From a candidate division WOR-3 bacterium (GTDB lineage: Bacteria; Hydrothermota; Tepidihabitantia; Tepidihabitantales; Tepidihabitantaceae): a stretch of 64,000 bases of DNA. The first letter of the stretch is position 1. Each line of letters starts with the position of its first letter. The stretch is taken from positions 26,015 through 90,014 of the forward strand of contig CBFGJV010000006.1 of assembly GCA_965649205.1 (NCBI GenBank), given 5' to 3'. Both the position numbers and the translations under genes were made by a program. Below are positions 1 to 9,683 of this stretch, in pieces. The notes beneath the pieces were generated by a model. The model made no database searches, was not told the origin of the DNA, and saw only the letters and a list, made by a program, of their open reading frames with translations.

Positions 1-538
1 CCAGGCGCGTGATTGTTTCCACCTCGGGGTAGCTGTCAAATCGGGCATGGCGGAAAAGAGGATGGCCCGACTTGCCCTTATCAATATAACTTGCAGCCCA
101 TTTTCCGTTCCTATCCATATATCCGTTTATTACTCTTCCTTCTGGCTTGAGAACACGATAGCACTCCTTCAGAACCTCAAACGGACGAGAGAGAAATTCC
201 CAGGTGGTGAGGAGGAAAACCGTGCCAAAGCTTTCCGCCCGAAAAGGTATTTCCTCGCCTTTTCCGTATAACACCTCAATCCCCCGGGCCCGCGCCTTTT
301 CCAGCAAGGCAACTGCGGGGTCAATACCGACAGGAATCCCAAGCGCCTGAGCAAAACGTCCTGTACCCACTCCAACTTCCAGCCATGGCTTGGGCAACCC
401 ATCAAGTAGAGGCCGCAGAGCCGCTAGCTCGGTTTCAAAGGCAATCCTGCCCTTAGTATCGTACCAGGCATCATACTTCTCGGCCAGCTCGTCGAAAGGA
501 GAAACTGCTTCCACTGCCCGCATCTTACCCTGTTTCAT
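1..538 (-). CDS. Class I SAM-dependent methyltransferase (UbiE/COQ5 type 11-like). 3' end truncated by the window edge; start at the ATG that is the reverse complement of 536-538
   Basis: Reverse-complement translation gives MKQGKMRAVEAVSPFDELAEKYDAWYDTKGRIAFETELAAL...LEVGVGTGRFAQALGIPVGIDPA...VLKPEGRV. The motif is a glycine-rich SAM-binding EVGVGTG. It is absent from the ORF track because the stop lies outside the window. Confidence 0.6.
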   Translation of the reverse strand, partial: MKQGKMRAVEAVSPFDELAEKYDAWYDTKGRIAFETELAALRPLLDGLPKPWLEVGVGTGRFAQALGIPVGIDPAVALLEKARARGIEVLYGKGEEIPFRAESFGTVFLLTTWEFLSRPFEVLKECYRVLKPEGRVINGYMDRNGKWAASYIDKGKSGHPLFRHARFDSYPEVETITRL

Positions 539-609
539 TCTGACCTGTCAAGTCTGCGGGTTTTCTTTGGCTTGACTTCTGCCGGCCGCTTGGCTAGATT
601 CTTCCGCTG

Positions 610-683
610 GCGCCCGTAGCTCAGATGGATAGAGCGGCAGACTCCGGATCTGCAGGCCACGCGTTCGACTCGCGTCGGGCGCT
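610..683 (+). tRNA. tRNA-Arg, anticodon CCG
   Basis: GCGCCCGTAGCTCAGATGGATAGAGCG...CTCCGGA anticodon loop...GGTTCGACTC T-arm. Perfect 7-bp acceptor stem GCGCCCG/CGGGCGC. No encoded CCA; followed by a TTTTT run. Confidence 0.85.
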
Positions 684-771
684 TTTTCCCGATGGGGTCT
701 GGCTTCACTCTCCGCATGCAAGCGACAGAGAAAAAGAAGCCCCCACGTAGTAAGCAGGACTTATATGGGAG

Positions 772-1296
772 GTGAGTATGGATTTCTATGAAGTTGTTCG
801 GCGGCGCTTGAGCGTCCGCTCCTACAGACCCGACCCAGTTCCTGAGGAAACTTTGAACCGCATTCTGGAAGCTGCCCGGCTTGCCCCTTCAGCAAAGAAC
901 CTGCAGCCATGGAAATTCATTGTGGTCAGAGACCGAAGCATAAGGAATCAGCTGGTTCCAGCCTGCCGAAATCAGCAATTCATTGCCGAGGCACCTCTGG
1001 TTATCTGCGGTTGTGCTCTGGAAAAGCAAGCTTGGCAAGGTATGGGGGGATACTGGAGTGCTGCCGCCGTGGATGTCACCATTGCGCTGGAGCACATAAT
1101 GCTGGCTGCCACAGCCGAAGGACTGGGCACCTGCTGGATTGGAGCTTTTCTGGAAGAAGAAGTCAGAAAGGTATTATCCATACCCGCAGACGTAAAACCG
1201 ATTGCTTTGACTCCTCTGGGCTACCCGGCCGGCACTTCGCTTCCGCGACCTCGCAAACCGCTCTCGGAAATTGTTTGCTACGACAGATTTGTTTAG
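772..1296 (+). CDS. Nitroreductase family protein (FMN-dependent NAD(P)H nitroreductase)
   Basis: 174 aa. Contains RRSVRSY...LEAARLAPSAKNLQPWKFIVV...GTCWIG, typical of the nitroreductase fold. Confidence 0.85.
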   Translation: MSMDFYEVVRRRLSVRSYRPDPVPEETLNRILEAARLAPSAKNLQPWKFIVVRDRSIRNQLVPACRNQQFIAEAPLVICGCALEKQAWQGMGGYWSAAAVDVTIALEHIMLAATAEGLGTCWIGAFLEEEVRKVLSIPADVKPIALTPLGYPAGTSLPRPRKPLSEIVCYDRFV

Positions 1297-1303
1297 CCGA
1301 GAA

Positions 1304-1783
1304 TCAGGCTGAAGGCGGCAGCAGGTCTTTTTCCATTATTACCGCATTATCCCGGTTGGCATAGTAGCCGGGGCGGACATAGGTCTGCACAAATCCCTGT
1401 CGCCGATAGAAAGCCTGCGCCCCTACATTGCTCTCTCTTACCTCAAGATAAACAGAACTCGCCCCCAATTCCCGCCCGAACTCCTCTACCTTCGCCAACA
1501 AAGCTGTCCCTATTCCCTTTCTGCGTTCTGCCGGTGCGACGGCAATATTGGCCAGATGCAACTCTCCTTGCACCCAGGCCACGGCATACCCCACCACACG
1601 CTCTGTTTTCCCTCCAGCCCCCTCGTCTCTCGTCACTGCCACTAGTGCCAGACTATGCGGTCTGTACACATCTCGACTGAAATATGTTCTAGGCCAGGGA
1701 TCAGGAAAAATCTCTCGTTCCAACTTCGCCACCTGATCCAGGTCTACCTCGGTCATGGGACGAATCGAAAATTCTGCTCTCAC
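1304..1783 (-). CDS. rimI: GNAT N-acetyltransferase, ribosomal-protein-alanine acetyltransferase RimI-like
   Basis: 159 aa. Contains LANIAVAPAERRKGIGTALL (acetyl-CoA-binding motif A) and the YLEVRESNVGAQAFYRRQGF motif. Confidence 0.75.
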   Translation of the reverse strand: MRAEFSIRPMTEVDLDQVAKLEREIFPDPWPRTYFSRDVYRPHSLALVAVTRDEGAGGKTERVVGYAVAWVQGELHLANIAVAPAERRKGIGTALLAKVEEFGRELGASSVYLEVRESNVGAQAFYRRQGFVQTYVRPGYYANRDNAVIMEKDLLPPSA

Positions 1784-1792
1784 CGCTCTGAC

Positions 1793-2419
1793 TTATCGGA
1801 TCAGACGCAACCAGTCGTGCAGCAGGAAATAGAAACGGCCTATCAAAAGAGAAATGCGGGCCATCACTGTGTAGCCGAAAGACGCACCGAAAGCCACCAT
1901 GATGAATATGATACCCACACGCGACACCACACCCAAAGCCCCTTTGTGCTCTCGAGAAAAATAGAAATAGAACAACGTGGCTACGACTCCGACATACACT
2001 ATAAAATTGTTTACCGTGATAAGTGGCCGCAAAGTATCGGAAATCTGTGGCAACAGATACCCCTGCACCGCCGCCACCAAGCCCAGCCCGGAGCCTATAC
2101 CTACAGTGAAAGAAATCGGCCAGCGGGAAATCCACTCTGACTTGGGAATAGACCGACACAGCATCATAATGCCCAGAATCGTCGGCACAACTAGTATCCA
2201 GGCCTCCCAGTAGTTACCCTGGGCCAGGTTAGTCCGAAATGCATCAACCAACATAGGATAGACATCAAAGGCCCAAGCATAGATAACCGCAAAACCAGCA
2301 GAAGTTCCCACATAGATATGTTCAGCCACCTTGTAAAAAGGATTGTCTTTGTAGAGAAAGGAAAGAATAGCCAGAGTCAAAGTAGCCGCCACCCAAGTAC
2401 CAATGATGTTCAGCAACAT
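1793..2419 (-). CDS. Hypothetical polytopic membrane protein (gene 4 of the uncharacterised envelope cluster)
   Basis: 208 aa with at least 5 hydrophobic spans. No recognisable motif. Tightly packed with the three upstream genes on the same strand. Confidence 0.6.
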   Translation of the reverse strand: MLLNIIGTWVAATLTLAILSFLYKDNPFYKVAEHIYVGTSAGFAVIYAWAFDVYPMLVDAFRTNLAQGNYWEAWILVVPTILGIMMLCRSIPKSEWISRWPISFTVGIGSGLGLVAAVQGYLLPQISDTLRPLITVNNFIVYVGVVATLFYFYFSREHKGALGVVSRVGIIFIMVAFGASFGYTVMARISLLIGRFYFLLHDWLRLIR

Positions 2420-2501
2420 AAGTCAAGAATCATACATAAGGTAGCAGGCGAACCAAAAATGGACGCATCCTTAGTTCTTCTGTGCCTGCTCACCCTGGGC
2501 T

Positions 2502-3335
2502 TCACTTTCGCCTCCTGGACAATAAAAATCCCACATTGCCGATAACCAGCAGCAAAAGAATGAGGCCATGCGCAGCAGATTGAGCCGGCATTCCCAGGGT
2601 TGCAGAACCCGCCTTTTCCACCAGAGTCTCGTATTCAGACGCTCCCTGCAGTCCGCCGATTAGGCCCTTGATCTGACCCGAATGTAAATACTGGTAGAGA
2701 TTAGGCGCATTCACGCCTGTACAGCCCACTATGATAGTCTGGTTGAAACGACCTCCCACGTATTGAATCCAAGCGTCAGCGACGGCTCCGTGCGCAAGAC
2801 TGACCAGTAAGCCGATATCCTTATAGTTATGCACTGAGCGCATAAAGGGAAAAGAATCTATCGGCACACCCCGGTAGTCAGTCCGGAAGTAGTCTCTTAT
2901 TTCCCGGCCGATGCCAACCATCATCGCGGTGAATCCGGGACGGTAACCAAGATTGACATAGTCTTCCCCGTACTCTTTTCCCATCTGGGGAGCCACCTCG
3001 GCCAACGCCATCTCGGCCAGAGGCAGACCCAGCGCCAGCTGTCCCATAACAACAACCTTGTGGCCTTTGCGGAAAGCATGCCGCAGCAGCGCCACAAGCA
3101 TCGGCTGTACTTCCGGGGCGGAGGAAGGGTCGTAATCAATAGAAATCATTATCGCCGAACCGGCCGGAAGCTGCTCCACTGCATTAAATGCACTCCGTAC
3201 CGGCTCAGAAACACGCACCCGGGTTTGGGGCTTTAGAATCAAGGGAACTGCCACAGACAGAGCAAGCAGAATATACAGAATCCTCCGGTCCACATTTGCT
3301 AGACGACTCCAGAATTCCTTCATTGCCATTCTCAA
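2502..3335 (-). CDS. Hypothetical bitopic protein with N- and C-terminal TM helices and a ~200-aa soluble domain (gene 3 of cluster)
   Basis: 277 aa. Has an N-terminal TM (ILYILLALSVAVPLIL) and a C-terminal TM (GLILLLLVIGNVGFLL). Overlaps the upstream gene by 4 nt, consistent with translational coupling. Confidence 0.6.
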   Translation of the reverse strand: MRMAMKEFWSRLANVDRRILYILLALSVAVPLILKPQTRVRVSEPVRSAFNAVEQLPAGSAIMISIDYDPSSAPEVQPMLVALLRHAFRKGHKVVVMGQLALGLPLAEMALAEVAPQMGKEYGEDYVNLGYRPGFTAMMVGIGREIRDYFRTDYRGVPIDSFPFMRSVHNYKDIGLLVSLAHGAVADAWIQYVGGRFNQTIIVGCTGVNAPNLYQYLHSGQIKGLIGGLQGASEYETLVEKAGSATLGMPAQSAAHGLILLLLVIGNVGFLLSRRRK

Positions 3336-4033
3336 GACATATAGGTCCGCTCGATACCAAGGATTATGCGCAAAGACATGGCAATACCGCCCAGCGCTAA
3401 ACCTATACCGATACCCCGGACCGCAGCTGCTGTGACAATAGACATAAGCCAGTCCTTGACCACCGCAAACAATTCTAGTCCGGCGAACTTGTCTGTTTCC
3501 AGACCGGGAATCATCAATCCGACCAGCTGGCCGATGCCCCGCCAGATGGCACTACCCAAGGGCACATTTCCGAGCATAACGAAACACGCCGCCACGAGCA
3601 ACAGAGTGGCGGCGAAATTGCGCACCCGAAAGGCTCTATACGCTGCCGAAACGATAAAAAAAGCCAGGCTGGCAAACATTGTCGCCTGCAGCGGCATTAT
3701 CACATAAGTGTAAAGCCACATGAAAGGAGCGCGCAAAGCAAACGGACTCTGGAAACGTATCCAGGAATAGAAACCCAACCCCATCGTCACAAACAAAGAC
3801 AAAACAAGCATCAGACTGTATGGCCAACCTTCCCTGCGCCGCCACACTCTGTTCAGGTGATGTCGCACCAACGAATCCAATCCTAAAAGAAAAGTGAAGC
3901 CCGATACTATCGCATACCAGTTGAGAAACCTGGATTCCAAGTCGCCAAACGGACGGTGGGGAATAGAGAATGCCACAATGAGCAGAAGCGCGGTAACAAA
4001 AACAATCAGAAGAGGGATATTCTTTTTCAACAT
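3332..4033 (-). CDS. Hypothetical polytopic membrane protein (gene 2 of cluster)
   Basis: 233 aa with about 6 TM spans. No known motif recognised. Confidence 0.6.
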   Translation of the reverse strand: MLKKNIPLLIVFVTALLLIVAFSIPHRPFGDLESRFLNWYAIVSGFTFLLGLDSLVRHHLNRVWRRREGWPYSLMLVLSLFVTMGLGFYSWIRFQSPFALRAPFMWLYTYVIMPLQATMFASLAFFIVSAAYRAFRVRNFAATLLLVAACFVMLGNVPLGSAIWRGIGQLVGLMIPGLETDKFAGLELFAVVKDWLMSIVTAAAVRGIGIGLALGGIAMSLRIILGIERTYMS

Positions 4034-4062
4034 AACCGGAATCTGAAAGTATCCATCTGGCC

Positions 4063-5217
4063 TCAGTAAGCTGGCGTTGCCCAGCGCACCACAGTCTCAA
4101 ACGCTTTTTGTAGCCAGGGGGCCTGCTGTTGCAGGATTGACGCCCCAGTTCCCAGCAGCACTACGGCGGTAATGAAAACAATCAGCCAGAAACGGATAAA
4201 GTCCTCTCCCTTGAGTGTACCCAGCATCACCGGTTCCGGCCGCAGATAACAGGAGGCCGCGTAAATCTCCTCGCCTATCATGGTATAGTCGCACGCAGCA
4301 ACGAAAAAAGGCAGCTGAGTAGTCTCGGTTGTACCCGCCAGCTGAATCGCCCCTACTGCATGACCGGTTTCAGCCATAATCAGCGACTCGGCGTAGAAGT
4401 AACCCAGCCAGAATATCGCTCCCGGCTTTTCCCGCAGAATAATTCCATCTACTCCGGCAGCGTATCCAAACTGATCAGAAGTCAGGAAGGTAATATTGTC
4501 CGGATTGTAGAAATCCGGCCGACCCATTTCGGTATAGGCTTCCTTGACCGTCTCCTGAGCCGCCGTCATTACTATCGGGTCAGAGTTAGGCACCAAAAGA
4601 CGGGTGGCATATTCCGCTGACTTCATTGCCACCTTGCGCAACAGGGGCAAAGCGGCTATGACCACCATATCCGTGATATAGCCCAGCCCAAAACTGAACA
4701 ATATCGGCCGTCCCATCTCCGTCGCCCGACCCAGGGCTTCATCAATCGCATCCAGACCGGCTATCTTGCGCACGTACATCTTCGCGCCCCTGCGTGCCCG
4801 GTAGATGTAAAAAAGAAACAAAGCAGAAATCGCCAAAGTCAGAACCAATATATTCATACGGCTGGAATTGAACCACTGAGCAGAAGGAACTACCGGTCCG
4901 ACCACAGCACTGGCTACTGAGTCGCCGTCAACAAGCATAAGCACGTAATAGTAATAAGAACTTCCATCCCGCAACGAGGAATCTGTATCAACAATCTCGG
5001 AACTCGCAGCCGGTTCCTCTGCAATCAGTACGAAACCCGTATCTGGTTTCTCTGACCGAAAAATCTTGTATGTTTTTACGGAAACAGATTCGGCGTTCAC
5101 AGCTTCCCATGTCACCAGTATTGCTCTCCCCTGGTCATTGGGATTATCCCTGGCTGAAACGGAAACGGATAATGCCCCCCAAAGGCCCTGCAGGAAGAGC
5201 AGCATAACCGTGAGCAT
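4063..5217 (-). CDS. Hypothetical exported/membrane-anchored protein with an FN3-like N-terminal ectodomain (gene 1 of cluster)
   Basis: 384 aa. Layout is signal peptide, a beta-rich ~110-aa segment (VSVKTYKIFRSEKPD...SSYYYYVLMLVDG), a TM, a ~230-aa domain, then a C-terminal TM. Confidence 0.6.
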   Translation of the reverse strand: MLTVMLLFLQGLWGALSVSVSARDNPNDQGRAILVTWEAVNAESVSVKTYKIFRSEKPDTGFVLIAEEPAASSEIVDTDSSLRDGSSYYYYVLMLVDGDSVASAVVGPVVPSAQWFNSSRMNILVLTLAISALFLFYIYRARRGAKMYVRKIAGLDAIDEALGRATEMGRPILFSFGLGYITDMVVIAALPLLRKVAMKSAEYATRLLVPNSDPIVMTAAQETVKEAYTEMGRPDFYNPDNITFLTSDQFGYAAGVDGIILREKPGAIFWLGYFYAESLIMAETGHAVGAIQLAGTTETTQLPFFVAACDYTMIGEEIYAASCYLRPEPVMLGTLKGEDFIRFWLIVFITAVVLLGTGASILQQQAPWLQKAFETVVRWATPAY

Positions 5218-5273
5218 AATTAGGCTACAATCCTAATACTGCTCTTTCTGCTGTCAAATTGTGAACTGTGAAC

Positions 5274-6032
5274 TCAGGCTTTCCGCCCACTATATCCTTC
5301 CGTCCGGTCTGCGGACCTGGCCAGTTCCTCAAATTTCTGCCGCATCTCAGCGTTAATGCGTTGCACCTCTGCGCGCAGACAAGGCCCGGAATTACAGAAA
5401 TCTTTTCTGGGATAAATCGGATCTCCAACCAAAATCTCAATCTCGGTATTGAAAAGGTTTTCGGCCACAGAAAGAAAACCGGTCCAGCACTCCGTCCATA
5501 CTGTAGTCTGAACTACTCGGCCGGCGTACCTCAGATTACGTATATACACCGGCAATACTGGCGCGCCGGTACGTGCCGCCAGATACGCGGCACCGTCCTT
5601 GATATCCCTGACTTGGCCGCTCAGGTTGAAAGTACCCTCCGGGTAAATACCCACACACCCACCCAGCCGCAGAACCTCCATACACCTCCGCACTCCTCCT
5701 ACATTGTACCACGGCTCTCCCGTTTCCACTGGAAACGCATCACATATATTGCGCATTATAAAACGGGAAAAAGGACCCCGAAACCATCGGCTGGAAGCTG
5801 CAAAGAAAAGCCTGGTACGCAGAGCTATCTGCAGTATGACCGAATCTGCCCCATTGAGATGGTTGGCTACAACTATAAATCCTTTCCGCAAGAGCACCGT
5901 AACGCGACCAACCACCCGGACGCGAACACATAAACTGTAGATGACCAAGAGCAGCTGTTTGATACGAGTCCAGACCGTAGCACGCACCAGCTGCAACCGG
6001 GACCGCTCTGAAACAGACATGGACCGCCGCAT
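5274..6032 (-). CDS. plsC: 1-acyl-sn-glycerol-3-phosphate (lysophospholipid) acyltransferase, PlsC family
   Basis: Contains the HX4D motif (ANHLNGADSV) and the YPEGT motif, which together are diagnostic of the LPLAT/PlsC family. Confidence 0.8.
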   Translation of the reverse strand: MRRSMSVSERSRLQLVRATVWTRIKQLLLVIYSLCVRVRVVGRVTVLLRKGFIVVANHLNGADSVILQIALRTRLFFAASSRWFRGPFSRFIMRNICDAFPVETGEPWYNVGGVRRCMEVLRLGGCVGIYPEGTFNLSGQVRDIKDGAAYLAARTGAPVLPVYIRNLRYAGRVVQTTVWTECWTGFLSVAENLFNTEIEILVGDPIYPRKDFCNSGPCLRAEVQRINAEMRQKFEELARSADRTEGYSGRKA

Positions 6033-6132
6033 CTCTTCGCCTTCGCTTCAGTGTACTACTCGCACTCCTGCTGTCAAGATACCCCGACTTGCCTTGACCG
6101 CTTCCCTTGTCGTTGTTACACTGGCACTGATT

Positions 6133-7248
6133 ATGAAAAAAGTATTACCTCTGCTTATACTGATACTGGCTTTTGTTCTGCCAGCCGTACTCTGCAGTGC
6201 CGGGCCTCAGAACCAGTCGTCCCGGGACCAGAATGTCAGTCTGAGCGAATCCCGCCGTACCGCCATCGTCCGAGCCGCCGAACTGGTGAGTCCCTCTGTA
6301 GTTTCGGTAGTCGTGACTCAAGTACAGGTAGTAACCTATGATCCGTTCGCAGGTCTCGGCCTGGATAACTTCTTCCGAGATTTCTTTCCGCCTCGTCAGT
6401 TTCGGCAAGAAGCAAAGTCCATGGGCTCGGGCGTAATAATTTCGGAAGATGGCGACATTATCACCAATGCCCACGTAGTACGCAACGCCACCCAGATAAA
6501 AGTTACTCTGCCTTCAAACCAGGAGTTTGATGCTGAACTGGAAGGCATTGACAACGTCCGGGACCTGGCCCTGCTCAAAGTAAGAGCAAAGAACCTCCCT
6601 TCTGCTCCGCTGGGCAACTCAGATGACCTGATGATAGGAGAGTGGGCGATTGCCTTCGGCAATCCTTTTGGATTTCTGCTGGAAGATGCTCAACCCACTG
6701 TTACGGTTGGCGTCATCTCCGCCCTGCACCGGGATGTAAAGACCGGACACGGCCAGGTTATGTCGGACATGATACAGACAGATGCCGCCATCAACCCGGG
6801 AAACTCTGGCGGCCCCCTGGTTAATGCTGCAGGAGAGGTAATTGGCATAAACACCTTCATTTTTACTCATTCAGGCGGCTCAGAAGGAATTGGCTTTGCC
6901 CGACCCATCAACGACGTAAAACAGTTCGTGGCTGAGGTACGCGGTACCGCCGCTACCCCCCGCTCAATTTCCACCCGACTGGGCTGCTCGGTGGCAAATA
7001 TTGAGTCCCGTCTGCGAGCACGCTTCAACCTCTCCTACGACCGGGGAGTGGTAATTACAGAAGTGTCCAGCAAGGGTATCGCCCAAGCTATGGGACTGGC
7101 GCCCGGTGACGTCATCCTCATGGCCCAAGGCCGGGTGGTGCGAGATGCAGCCAGTTTCCAAAAGATCTATGAAAAACTACCCGCCGTAGTGAATATCGTC
7201 ATAGACCGAGCAGGAGAACAGGCCCGGCTGGTCTATCCCCTGCAATGA
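6133..7248 (+). CDS. htrA: Periplasmic serine endoprotease DegP/HtrA (S1C) with PDZ domain
   Basis: Contains GSGVIISEDGDIITNAHVV (His), DLALLKV (Asp) and GNSGGPLVN (Ser), with a PDZ-like C-terminus. The ORF-track start at 5941 overlaps plsC. The internal MKKVLPLLILILAFVLPAV signal peptide at 6133 is taken as the true start. Confidence 0.85.
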   Translation: MKKVLPLLILILAFVLPAVLCSAGPQNQSSRDQNVSLSESRRTAIVRAAELVSPSVVSVVVTQVQVVTYDPFAGLGLDNFFRDFFPPRQFRQEAKSMGSGVIISEDGDIITNAHVVRNATQIKVTLPSNQEFDAELEGIDNVRDLALLKVRAKNLPSAPLGNSDDLMIGEWAIAFGNPFGFLLEDAQPTVTVGVISALHRDVKTGHGQVMSDMIQTDAAINPGNSGGPLVNAAGEVIGINTFIFTHSGGSEGIGFARPINDVKQFVAEVRGTAATPRSISTRLGCSVANIESRLRARFNLSYDRGVVITEVSSKGIAQAMGLAPGDVILMAQGRVVRDAASFQKIYEKLPAVVNIVIDRAGEQARLVYPLQ

Positions 7249-8543
7249 TAGAACGATACACCACGCCAGAAATGGCCGCGCTCTGGTCTGAGCAGGCCAA
7301 ATTTGAATCCTGGCTGCAGGTAGAAAAGGCAGTAGCCCAGGTGCAGGGCGAACTTGGACTTATCCCCCGTACCGCGGCCCGGGCTATTCAGCGTGCCAGC
7401 TTCAAACTGGAAGAAATAGCAGAATACGAAAAGGAAACAAACCACGATGTTATCGCCTTTGTCCGCAGCGTCGCCCGTAGCATAGGTCAGGCCGGCGCCT
7501 ACGTGCACTATGGCCTCACCTCCTACGACGTCGTGGATACGGCTCTGTCGCTGCGTATACTCGCCGGTCTGAAGGTTGTAAGCAAAGCTCTAGAGGAACT
7601 GCGGCGCCATATCCTTCACCTTGCACGGAAACACCGGCGCACGCCGATGATCGGCCGTACCCACGGCATGCATGCTGAACCTATTACTTTCGGTCTCAAA
7701 TGCCTTTCCTGGTCTGAAGAAGTCGGCCGTAATCTGACCAGACTGCGCCAAGCGGCAGAGGAAATGCGCCATGGCAAACTATCCGGCACAGTTGGAGCCT
7801 ATACCCAGCTTCCCCCCTCCTTTGAGGTTCGCGTTTTGAAGATTCTGAAACTGAAACCAGAGCCTGTATCCACTCAGGTCATTCCCCGTGATCGGCACGC
7901 CTATCTGCTCTGCGTACTCGCATTGGCAGCCACCGGTCTGGAACGGATTGCCACGGAAATCCGCAATCTGCAACGCCCGGAAATTGGCGAACTCGCCGAA
8001 CCTTTCACCCGGGGCCAACGCGGTTCATCTGCTATGCCGCATAAGCAGAATCCCATCATCTGTGAAAGAATCTGCGGCCTCGCTCGCGTTGTACGGGGAC
8101 TTACCGCAGTCGGATATGAAAACATCCCGCTCTGGCACGAACGAGACCTGACTAACTCTGCCCCGGAACGGATTGCCATCCCGGGGGCTTTTTCTCTGGT
8201 TCATTATATCACTCGCAAGCTCTCCGCAGTTATGTACGGACTGGTAGTGAGGCAGGACCGGATGAAAGAAAATCTGGAAGCATCGGGCGGTATTTTTTTC
8301 TCCCAGGGACTGATGCTCGCCCTGGTACGCGCTGGTCTGGATCGGGAAAGCGCCTATAAACTGGTACAGCGATTGGCTTTTGAAGCCCAGGAAACGGGCC
8401 GCCCGTTCACCGAACTGTGTCGTCAGAATCCAGTTATTCTCCAGAAGCTGGGCGAACGCAATCTGGCCCATGTGTTCGACCTGCAACACCTGCTCCGGCA
8501 CGTGGACGTGGTTTACCGTCGAACCGGTCTTACTCGCCGCTGA
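7245..8543 (+). CDS. purB: Adenylosuccinate lyase
   Basis: 432 aa. Has the fumarase/ASL signature GSSAMPHKQNP. The N-terminus MIERYTTPEMAALWSE is typical of PurB. Confidence 0.9.
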   Translation: MIERYTTPEMAALWSEQAKFESWLQVEKAVAQVQGELGLIPRTAARAIQRASFKLEEIAEYEKETNHDVIAFVRSVARSIGQAGAYVHYGLTSYDVVDTALSLRILAGLKVVSKALEELRRHILHLARKHRRTPMIGRTHGMHAEPITFGLKCLSWSEEVGRNLTRLRQAAEEMRHGKLSGTVGAYTQLPPSFEVRVLKILKLKPEPVSTQVIPRDRHAYLLCVLALAATGLERIATEIRNLQRPEIGELAEPFTRGQRGSSAMPHKQNPIICERICGLARVVRGLTAVGYENIPLWHERDLTNSAPERIAIPGAFSLVHYITRKLSAVMYGLVVRQDRMKENLEASGGIFFSQGLMLALVRAGLDRESAYKLVQRLAFEAQETGRPFTELCRQNPVILQKLGERNLAHVFDLQHLLRHVDVVYRRTGLTRR

Positions 8544-8561
8544 ACCTCAGTCTATGCTCTG

Positions 8562-9683
8562 ATGGATGCCGCCATTTCTAACACCGGTCGCTGTCTCATT
8601 GACGGTTCCCGCCTTATCGTCGAGTCCCTGGCTAGGGCTGGGGCTGATACCTTTTTAGGTTATCCGATAACGCCGGCCAATCTCATCTATCAGTACGCAT
8701 TTCGACGCATTCCCCTGGCCATAGCCGCCCCGGACGAAATCACCGCCTTGCAATGGATGGCGGGATTCGCAGCCTGCGGGAGGCTTCCCTTCACCGCCAC
8801 TTCCTACCCCGGTTTCGCCTTGATGGCTGAATCTATTGGCATGTCACATATGATGGAACTACCCATGGTCATAGTGCTAGCCCAACGTCTGGGACCTTCT
8901 ACCGGTAGTGCTACCGACAGTGCCCAAGGCGACCTGTTGCTGGTGCGCGGCCTGCTTTCTGGAGGCTACTCTCTTCCCGTGCTCTGTCCGTCCAGTTTTG
9001 CCGATTGCTGGGAGCTACCAGCTCTGGCTGTGCAGACTGCTCTTCGATTACGCAGCCCGGTCATATTGCTGACTTCCAAGGAGATGGTCATGACGCAGCG
9101 GGACTGGGACCTGTCCAGCTTGACCAGCATCACCCCAGCCAGACGTGATTTCTACTCCGGTTCTGCACCTTATGAAACATATGCTCCCCAGAGTAATCTG
9201 GTTCCTGCCTTCCTGCCTGTAGGCAACTCCTCGCACCAGGTACGTCTAAACGCCTCCACCCACGACACCAGAGGTCTTCCCGGACCTGCCGCGGGACCTG
9301 GTCTGGCTAACGCCTTGCGGCTGGAGAAAAAGGTGAGAAACAATCTGTCCGATTTTACCCGCTTCGATTTGGACGAACAGGCTGGAGCGCAAACAGTCAT
9401 TGTTTCCTGGGACATCACAGCCCTGGCGGCTCGCGAGGCTACCCTGCTCTTGCGCCGTCAAGGCCGGCAGGTGTCTCTGCTCATACCTAAAACACTTCTA
9501 CCTGTTCCCCCTATTTATCTGGAGATTCTGAACCGCTACTCCAGAATTGTGATTGCCGAAGAAAACTTCGGCGGACAGCTGAAGGAAATTATATTTGGCA
9601 CCTATGAACGACCAGGGGTCATACCCGTGAACGCGGTAGGTCGCTTGCTCACTCCGAATGAAATTGCCGAGGCAGCCGCATGA
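8562..9683 (+). CDS. 2-oxoacid:ferredoxin oxidoreductase, alpha subunit (KorA/PorA-like), without a ferredoxin domain
   Basis: Contains GYPITPANLI...FTATSYPGFALMAESIGMSHMMELPMVIVLAQRLGPSTGSATDSAQGDLL. This is the pyrimidine-binding/transketolase-like domain of OFOR alpha. Confidence 0.8.
   Translation: MDAAISNTGRCLIDGSRLIVESLARAGADTFLGYPITPANLIYQYAFRRIPLAIAAPDEITALQWMAGFAACGRLPFTATSYPGFALMAESIGMSHMMELPMVIVLAQRLGPSTGSATDSAQGDLLLVRGLLSGGYSLPVLCPSSFADCWELPALAVQTALRLRSPVILLTSKEMVMTQRDWDLSSLTSITPARRDFYSGSAPYETYAPQSNLVPAFLPVGNSSHQVRLNASTHDTRGLPGPAAGPGLANALRLEKKVRNNLSDFTRFDLDEQAGAQTVIVSWDITALAAREATLLLRRQGRQVSLLIPKTLLPVPPIYLEILNRYSRIVIAEENFGGQLKEIIFGTYERPGVIPVNAVGRLLTPNEIAEAAA

Noticed and set aside
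1655-2159. Two overlapping about 155-aa ORFs on opposite strands, spanning the rimI-proximal intergenic region and the first part of the gene-4 membrane protein
   Set aside because: They overlap the ends of rimI and the hydrophobic membrane-protein gene. His/Arg-rich or Gly-rich low-complexity composition.
5268-5933. A 221-aa plus-strand ORF antisense to plsC
   Set aside because: It overlaps the acyltransferase entirely. It has no homology, no RBS and Pro/Arg-rich composition consistent with a spurious frame.
5941-6132. N-terminal 64-aa extension of the htrA ORF
   Set aside because: The extension overlaps the convergent or divergent plsC gene and has no protease homology. An internal Met followed by a classic signal peptide (MKKVLPLLILILAFVLPAV) is the likely start.
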